From a virus (Duplodnaviria > Caudoviricetes), in the IMG/VR virus record IMGVR_UViG_3300030376_001117, positions 1 to 30,531 of that record: a stretch of 30,531 nucleotides of DNA; one strand, written 5' to 3'. Of this stretch, positions 25,100 through 30,531 are shown in pieces. Below the pieces are notes generated by a model. That model saw only the letters and a program-made list of their open reading frames with translations. It ran no database searches and was not told the DNA's origin. Position 1 is the first letter of the stretch. The number at the start of each line of letters is the position of its first letter. Position numbers and translations under genes: made by a program.

Positions 25100-25989
25100 T
25101 AAGTCATTATTACTTTTTTTACATTACCATTACTTACTGTGTAGGTTGTTGGTATGCTAGTTATTGTATTAGTTGTATCATTTGAAAATGTTTCTACTAT
25201 TTTTGTAACACCTGTTGGAGTTGTAATACTACAAGTTTCTGCATTTCTAGTTGTAGAACCAGCTGCAATATTAGGTATGTAGCTTGTTACAGTATTGGAC
25301 TGCTCAAATTGTAAACCCCAAATAAACATAGAAGATTCATCTCCTGTGTAACTTGCATCTGATGTACCTTGTTGTAATTGAACAAATACAACCCCAGATG
25401 TAGAACCACTAGCTACTGCTGTAAGACCTATTCTATACCAGCCATTTGGATATGTTTCAAACAACTGAACACTCCCTGTAACTGCTTGTGTATCTAAATT
25501 GAAAGAGCCACTTACACCTAATAAACTTCCAGCGTTGATAAAAACAAATCTACTAGCACTATTTTTTTTAACAAACATACTTAAAGTATAACTACTACTA
25601 CTTATTACTACAAGTGAATTACTTTGAAATTTATGTTTGCCTGTGCTTGTATCTTCTTTAAACTCCATAGCATTATATACTCCAGTTGGAGCTATTGCTT
25701 TGTTATTTGTTAGAGTTGCACCTGTCAAAGTTTTACCAGTAGATAATTCAGAGTATGTGTGTGAATTTGTACTAGCTGATTCTAGTAATAAATTAGGACA
25801 ATCGCTATTTAACCAATTTAATCTCGGTACATTTGTTGCAACTGTTTCTATTAAATTATCCTTATTAACTTTTGTGGCTTCGCCAGTTCTAGCAAATGTA
25901 AAATCTCCACTACCATCATTAGGCAATATAGAAAATACTTTTGCTGTATTATATCCACTAGGTATTAAAGCTAATTTAGGATTGCTCAT
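25099..25989 (-). CDS. Putative spike/fibre protein with carbohydrate-binding-like beta domain
   Basis: DFTFAR..AT.VN..LIE...PRL..LLLE..STN, NGWYRI, IWGLQFEQ..TSYIP motifs; Ser/Thr-rich. Confidence 0.6.
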   Translation of the reverse strand: MSNPKLALIPSGYNTAKVFSILPNDGSGDFTFARTGEATKVNKDNLIETVATNVPRLNWLNSDCPNLLLESASTNSHTYSELSTGKTLTGATLTNNKAIAPTGVYNAMEFKEDTSTGKHKFQSNSLVVISSSSYTLSMFVKKNSASRFVFINAGSLLGVSGSFNLDTQAVTGSVQLFETYPNGWYRIGLTAVASGSTSGVVFVQLQQGTSDASYTGDESSMFIWGLQFEQSNTVTSYIPNIAAGSTTRNAETCSITTPTGVTKIVETFSNDTTNTITSIPTTYTVSNGNVKKVIMT

Positions 25990-26039
25990 CTTTTTTTGGT
26001 AAACTTTAGTTAAGTATTTTTATAATTTGTTATTTGCAT

Positions 26040-27011
26040 TCAAGCGTTTTCTAAAGCTGTTACTTTAGCTGATAAGTCTTGAATTGCTTTAACAAGTACA
26101 GGAATTAATCTTCCGTAAGTTGCTTCAAGCTTTTCAGGATTAGAATTATAAACTAATTGCGTAAACTCATTATCTACTGATTGCAGTTCTTGTGCAATAA
26201 ATCCAATATCTTTTTTACCTTTATTACTACTAAAAAATTCTTCTCCATCTTTGTTTGTTTCTGCTCTGTTATCCCAGACAAATTTTCTTGGTTTTAAAGA
26301 ATCAACAAAATCTAATCCATAAGGTAAATCCTCAATACTTGTTTTATCTCTTTCATCTGATAATGCTGTTATGCTTGTTACTTGACACCTTAAAGCTGAA
26401 ACACTTGAGTTTCCTAAAGTAACCTCATTTGAAGCAGAGGTAGAGCTTTCGATTGCAGAATAACCAACATTTGTAATATTAGAGCCATTACCACTAGATC
26501 GACCAGTTGAACCACCTAAAGAAGTTCTTTGAAATCCACTAACTGTTCCATCGTCGGCTTGATAACCTATTGCAGTATTCTGAGCAGCAAAAGTTTGATT
26601 TTGAGATGATAATGCCTCATAACCTATTGCAGTATTTCTATCTCCACTTGTTTCTGCACCTAAAGCACCATATCCAACAGCTACATTATCATTTCCATCA
26701 AGGTTAGCATCCATAGCAGTTGATCCTATCACTACGTTGTCATTACCAGTAGTTAAAGCATTTGCAGCTCCCTCTCCTAAAACTGTGTTATTTGCTGGGT
26801 TACCACTTAAACCACTTGGAACATTAGAAACATACACCGAAGTACCATCAACTAAACAGTCAGAAAGACCATTTAAATCTGATGCACCACCTCCACCAGT
26901 TAAGTTAGTTGGTGTTATTCTAACATTGTCTGTTCCGTCATAACCTACAACGAAATCAACATCAGACGCTGAGGTTTTTAAATCAAATTCACTAAATTTT
27001 TTATTTGCCAT
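26040..27011 (-). CDS. Tail fibre/spike with beta-helix repeats and C-terminal intramolecular chaperone (peptidase S74-like)
   Basis: NxAxGxxAL repeats; SDERDK.I, LKPRKF.W, GFIAQEL and a terminal coiled coil. Confidence 0.85.
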   Translation of the reverse strand: MANKKFSEFDLKTSASDVDFVVGYDGTDNVRITPTNLTGGGGASDLNGLSDCLVDGTSVYVSNVPSGLSGNPANNTVLGEGAANALTTGNDNVVIGSTAMDANLDGNDNVAVGYGALGAETSGDRNTAIGYEALSSQNQTFAAQNTAIGYQADDGTVSGFQRTSLGGSTGRSSGNGSNITNVGYSAIESSTSASNEVTLGNSSVSALRCQVTSITALSDERDKTSIEDLPYGLDFVDSLKPRKFVWDNRAETNKDGEEFFSSNKGKKDIGFIAQELQSVDNEFTQLVYNSNPEKLEATYGRLIPVLVKAIQDLSAKVTALENA

Positions 27012-27021
27012 TTTATTATTT

Positions 27022-27204
27022 TTATGTTGTATTTAATATTATATATTCGTTTTGTTCTGTTAAAAGGAAATCTCCATTTTCTGCTAATATTTCACTAAAT
27101 TCAGTTGGATCAACAAACTGCTCATATACATTACCCCAGCCTATGGTGTTGTCAATAGCACCTTGACCCCAGTAAGTAGTTTCATAAATTTTACCAAATC
27201 CCAT
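27022..27204 (-). CDS. Small structural/adaptor protein (60 aa)
   Basis: GKIYETTYWG...GWG.VY plus C-terminal LAENGDFLLTE motif shared with the 882-aa tail protein. Confidence 0.65.
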   Translation of the reverse strand: MGFGKIYETTYWGQGAIDNTIGWGNVYEQFVDPTEFSEILAENGDFLLTEQNEYIILNTT

Positions 27205-27336
27205 TTATTTATCTTTATATGTTTTGTAGCATATCGCTACTGCTTGTTCTCTATTGTATTCCTTTTTCATTTCTGCTACACACCGAATCATAAAATCTTT
27301 CTGCTTCTCTTTCGCTTTTGGTTTTGGTATCGGCAT
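27205..27336 (-). CDS. Small phage protein (43 aa)
   Basis: MPIPKPKAKEKQKDFMIRCVAEMKKEYNREQAVAICYKTYKDK; its stop abuts the next ATG. Confidence 0.7.
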   Translation of the reverse strand: MPIPKPKAKEKQKDFMIRCVAEMKKEYNREQAVAICYKTYKDK

Positions 27337-27388
27337 CTATGTAATGTTTTAATTTAATTATGTTTGTTTCTTTTACTTTATATTTCAT
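27251..27388 (-). CDS. Small ORF (45 aa) overlapping the 43-aa gene
   Basis: MKYKVKETNIIKLKHYIDADTK...; ATGA-coupled to the upstream gene. Confidence 0.4.
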   Translation of the reverse strand: MKYKVKETNIIKLKHYIDADTKTKSEREAERFYDSVCSRNEKGIQ

Positions 27389-27885
27389 AAAACCCACCCT
27401 TTAAAGGTTGTATCTGTGTCTGGACTTATGTCCTCATCTGTGTTAGTGTTATACTCTGGAAATAAATCATTGTGAAAACTTAAATAATCTACTAATCTTG
27501 TTGAATAGTAATTTGCGTACTCTCTAGCTTTTGCTACTAAATAATCTACTTCGTTTTTATTAACTGTTTCTGATTGCTCACTTGTACCTTTTAAAACTCC
27601 TTTTCCTGTAATTTTATAAGCTGCAAATGGTATATAATTCATTTGAGCAAACCAAATTAAACAGGGTTGAATATATGAATTTGTTAAAGTCAAATAATTA
27701 CCAGCTAAATTACCAGCAACAATATGACCACTTATTTTGTTGTATAAGTCTGTACCTAATAAATTCTGGATGTCGATTTGTTGAGCCACCTTAATAAATT
27801 GTATAAATTTATCTGTGTCGGTATTTCCGTCAATTATAGAATTTTTTACTAAATCTGTTCTATTTATAAATAATGCTGTCGCCAT
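27385..27885 (-). CDS. Putative head-tail adaptor protein
   Basis: 166 aa helical; AQ..IQ.LLGT.LY; directly after the portal gene. Confidence 0.55.
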   Translation of the reverse strand: MATALFINRTDLVKNSIIDGNTDTDKFIQFIKVAQQIDIQNLLGTDLYNKISGHIVAGNLAGNYLTLTNSYIQPCLIWFAQMNYIPFAAYKITGKGVLKGTSEQSETVNKNEVDYLVAKAREYANYYSTRLVDYLSFHNDLFPEYNTNTDEDISPDTDTTFKGWVL

Positions 27886-27887
27886 AA

Positions 27888-29708
27888 TTAATTCTTAAAT
27901 CCTATTTTATTCCAATATGCAGCTGTATAACCTTTATATGGCATATCTTTAGGTGCAACTGGTACTTTCTGAGCGTTTGCCTCTGGTTTAAAACCTCTTG
28001 ATCTTGCCTCTGTTGTTGTAATTGCATCTCCTAAACCTTTTGCACCATCTTTACGTACATATGTCTTTCTTAACCATTTATGTTGGCATCTCGCACCACC
28101 CTTATATAGCCATATAGAATATGTATCACTACCACCTTTACCAAAACCAGCATTAACTACTTTTGTGTCCATAGAAATAATATCCTCTTTTCTATATACC
28201 TTTTTAGCATCTACCATTTTTTTACAAAACTTTCTTGAGTTTGCACTATATCTTTGTGGGGAGTACATATATCTTACTAAAAATGTATTACCCTCCTCAG
28301 CTTCTTGTTTGCTTTCTCCATCTTGTTCACTTTCTCTAAATGGTGTAGCTTTACCTGTGCTTACAAACTCCCATATCTTAGCAAGTGTGCTTTTTTCTTT
28401 AGGCTTGTTTAAGTCTGTTATTACCTCGTCTAAGCCATCTTCTTCGTCATAGTTTACCTCTCGCTCATCCATAACTTGAAAGTCGCTTAAAAGGTCTGTT
28501 TCGTCTTGCCCCAAGTCAATTAAAGCATCTGCTATTTTAACACCTAAATCTTCTGGTAATTCCTTAGCTAACTTTACTCCTGTTTCTTCTTCTTTTGTTT
28601 CTTCGTCCTCTACGTTTTCTAAGTCTGTAAACTCTAGTGGTTGTAAGGTCTTAAAGTATAGTTTTAAGGCAATATTATTGTAAGCTAGTATATCATCAAA
28701 AGCATCTATCAAAAGGTGCTGAAATGGTCTAATAACTGTGTTATCCATTAATGTACTTGCAGTTTGTAATTCCTCTGCGTTGTTTCCTAATCCTGTACTG
28801 TCCTTAATACCTAAAAGCATAGGACTTACTACCCTGTGAGCTACCATTATCTTTTTACTACTTTCATCTGATAAGAATTGATATTGGTTATGCGCATCAC
28901 TTAATTGTATAGGCTCTATTTGTGCAGCACTCTCGGCATTGTCGTTAAAAGCTAGTATAAATTTACCAGCATTACTACTACCACTAAACTTTTGATATAT
29001 TCTATTCTCTAGCATTTGTCGTTCCTCAGCGTTTGGAGTGCCATTGTTAAAGTTAATTAGCATACTTGGTGCTAAACCATTAAGAATGTTGTTTAAGTGA
29101 TAGTTGCTTATTTCTTCTTCTAGCTCACTATATTGTAAACCACCTTGATAGTCTGGACTACTATAATACTTATATCCAGCTCTGTAAGGTTTAACGTATA
29201 GTATTTCTATGTTTTCTTTAGAAAATCCAAAAGCTGGTATTCTTTTTAGCTCAGTTCTCGAGTTAACCTTTAGCCAGTTATCAGAATAATAGTACGCTTC
29301 AATCTCACCTTTAGAATTGCACTTCTCAGCTCTTAGGTTTTCTACTGGTATGTGTTCTACTTGTGCAATAGTTTTTCTGTCCTTTGAGAAAATTACTTGC
29401 ATAGCACATTGACCCATAAGTTTCAAATCATAGCATAGCTTTCTTACACAATCTTTGTGAAATAAAGTGATCATTTTAGCGTATGCTTCTGGCTTTCTAT
29501 TGCTATCTAAAGCATCTAATCCTTTTCCATAAATCATCTGGCTTACACCATTAATGATAGCGTTGTTTGTTGGACTTCCGTTGTATCGGTCTATTAAGTA
29601 CCCAAAATAATTATTATCACTTCCATAAGCTACCCATTTTTTGTTAGATTTCTCTACAATCTCTGGACTGGTGTAAGTGCTTAAATTAACTATTCTTAAA
29701 TCATTCAT
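27888..29708 (-). CDS. Portal protein with C-terminal MuF-like (minor head) extension
   Basis: YG.DNNY..YLIDRYNGSPTNNAII, NG..PS..I, KF.GS.NAGK, I.VAHRV.SP.L.GI; C-terminal SRKFC...YKGGARCQHKW. Confidence 0.8.
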   Translation of the reverse strand: MNDLRIVNLSTYTSPEIVEKSNKKWVAYGSDNNYFGYLIDRYNGSPTNNAIINGVSQMIYGKGLDALDSNRKPEAYAKMITLFHKDCVRKLCYDLKLMGQCAMQVIFSKDRKTIAQVEHIPVENLRAEKCNSKGEIEAYYYSDNWLKVNSRTELKRIPAFGFSKENIEILYVKPYRAGYKYYSSPDYQGGLQYSELEEEISNYHLNNILNGLAPSMLINFNNGTPNAEERQMLENRIYQKFSGSSNAGKFILAFNDNAESAAQIEPIQLSDAHNQYQFLSDESSKKIMVAHRVVSPMLLGIKDSTGLGNNAEELQTASTLMDNTVIRPFQHLLIDAFDDILAYNNIALKLYFKTLQPLEFTDLENVEDEETKEEETGVKLAKELPEDLGVKIADALIDLGQDETDLLSDFQVMDEREVNYDEEDGLDEVITDLNKPKEKSTLAKIWEFVSTGKATPFRESEQDGESKQEAEEGNTFLVRYMYSPQRYSANSRKFCKKMVDAKKVYRKEDIISMDTKVVNAGFGKGGSDTYSIWLYKGGARCQHKWLRKTYVRKDGAKGLGDAITTTEARSRGFKPEANAQKVPVAPKDMPYKGYTAAYWNKIGFKN

Positions 29709-30055
29709 AATATAATGTAATCGTTATCAAAGCTATCCTCTGTGGTGTATTCTCCACTATTTACAGAATAGTAATCATTGTTAGTTTGGTTTACTGTCTG
29801 GTCTGTACAAAACACTTTGTCTTTGTATATAACAGCAGCACCATTTTTTACTTCTAAGGTATAAAAATCGCCCTCAGTTAAAGTACCAAAAGCAGCAACA
29901 AAAGACATATAATTTCCATCTGTTGACCCTGTTGGTGTAATACTTACATTAGTTCCTGTGCTTTCACTTGTTAGATTTACAGTAATCGCACCATTAATAA
30001 ATTGACGAGGTATAACCTTAAAAGTCTTATCGCCATTAGTTCCTATTAACTTCAT
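29705..30055 (-). CDS. Putative head completion/structural protein (116 aa)
   Basis: Beta-rich; ATGA-coupled to the portal gene; first gene behind a late promoter. Confidence 0.55.
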   Translation of the reverse strand: MKLIGTNGDKTFKVIPRQFINGAITVNLTSESTGTNVSITPTGSTDGNYMSFVAAFGTLTEGDFYTLEVKNGAAVIYKDKVFCTDQTVNQTNNDYYSVNSGEYTTEDSFDNDYIIL

Positions 30056-30086
30056 ACTAATATATAAACAAATATAAAATATTTTG
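30053..30086 (-). promoter_or_regulatory. Putative phage late promoter CAAAA-N14-TTATATATTAGT-ATG
   Basis: Repeat motif abutting the ATG at 30055. Confidence 0.75.
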
Positions 30087-30089
30087 CAT

Positions 30090-30117
30090 AAAAAAAGCCA
30101 CCCCCTTTGAGATGGCT
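30090..30117 (-). terminator. Rho-independent terminator
   Basis: AGCCATCTC-AAAG-GGGGTGGCT followed by a T run. Confidence 0.85.
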
Positions 30118-30182
30118 ATTTCTATTTATGTCGTCAACCAAAACAGACATAGGACAAATATATAAAATATTTTTTAATTATC

Positions 30183-30531
30183 CTAAGCTGGAGTAATTGG
30201 CGTAGCAGAAGCTATATCTGGCTCAGTACAGAAGAACGGAGGAAATACCTCTGTTGCAACTGCTGTTAATGTAAACCCTTGTAAATCTCCAGCAGCAGCA
30301 CCTGTTACGATTGTACCACCAGTAATTTCTGCACCATTATCTCTACCCATTAGTAATCTTTTAGTATTACCTGCACCATCTGGGTACAATTCTACTACAT
30401 AGTGAGCTCTACCTCTGTTAAGAAGTTTAATCTCCTCTTGTGTAGCTACATCTAAAACTTGAAAAGTTACATTTAAAGTACTTTCGTAAAAAGTAGTACC
30501 ATTCTCTCTTGATGAGTTTACTACTGTTTCC
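30183..30531 (-). CDS. 3' part of the putative major tail protein (joins 1-515)
   Basis: Same protein sequence as 1-324, ending ...PDIASATPITPA-TAG. Confidence 0.75.
   Translation of the reverse strand, partial: ETVVNSSRENGTTFYESTLNVTFQVLDVATQEEIKLLNRGRAHYVVELYPDGAGNTKRLLMGRDNGAEITGGTIVTGAAAGDLQGFTLTAVATEVFPPFFCTEPDIASATPITPA
30208..30531. repeat. Terminal direct repeat, right copy
   Basis: Matches 1-324 with 10 substitutions. Confidence 0.97.

Noticed and set aside
26560-26800. Repeated AACCTATTGCAGTAT-like sequences in the fibre gene
   Set aside because: Explained by NTAIGY beta-helix protein repeats, not a DNA-level element.
1233-28452. All plus-strand ORFs in the track (e.g. 1233-1517, 1769-2128, 7278-7622, 25637-26002)
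   Set aside because: They are antisense shadows of well-supported minus-strand genes, Ser/Leu/Phe-rich, with no promoter or coupling evidence.
1-30531. CRISPR array, diversity-generating retroelement, integrase/lysogeny module, stop-codon reassignment
   Set aside because: No repeat-spacer array, reverse transcriptase or recombinase motifs were seen; genes tile densely under the standard code with TAA, TAG and TGA all used as stops.

Overview
The window is an apparently complete ~30.2 kb genome of a small, AT-rich tailed phage (siphovirus-like). Positions 1-324 recur at 30208-30531, giving a 30,207 bp unit. Bacteroidetes-type TTTG-N19/20-TAnnTTTG promoters, A-rich starts lacking Shine-Dalgarno sites and gene content point to a Bacteroidota (probably Flavobacteriia) host. 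All credible genes are on the minus strand; no integrase, DNA polymerase or primase was recognised. Modules: head, tail, fibres, lysis, replication/recombination with an ECF-like sigma factor, and packaging. The strongest candidate for an undescribed system is in the packaging operon. A Mom-family DNA adenine-hypermodification gene has its last codons overlapping a non-canonical tRNA-Gly-like RNA, which keeps the GlyRS identity elements but has damaged EF-Tu/ribosome elements; this suggests a dedicated glycyl donor. Other findings: five identically spaced late promoters ending at the ATG (leaderless mRNAs), a hidden -1 frameshift ORF, a candidate antisense sRNA against early-gene start regions, an acidic Ocr-like stand-alone gene, and an outer-membrane-barrel cassette in the lysis region. 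Protein calls come from motif recognition only; no database searches were run.
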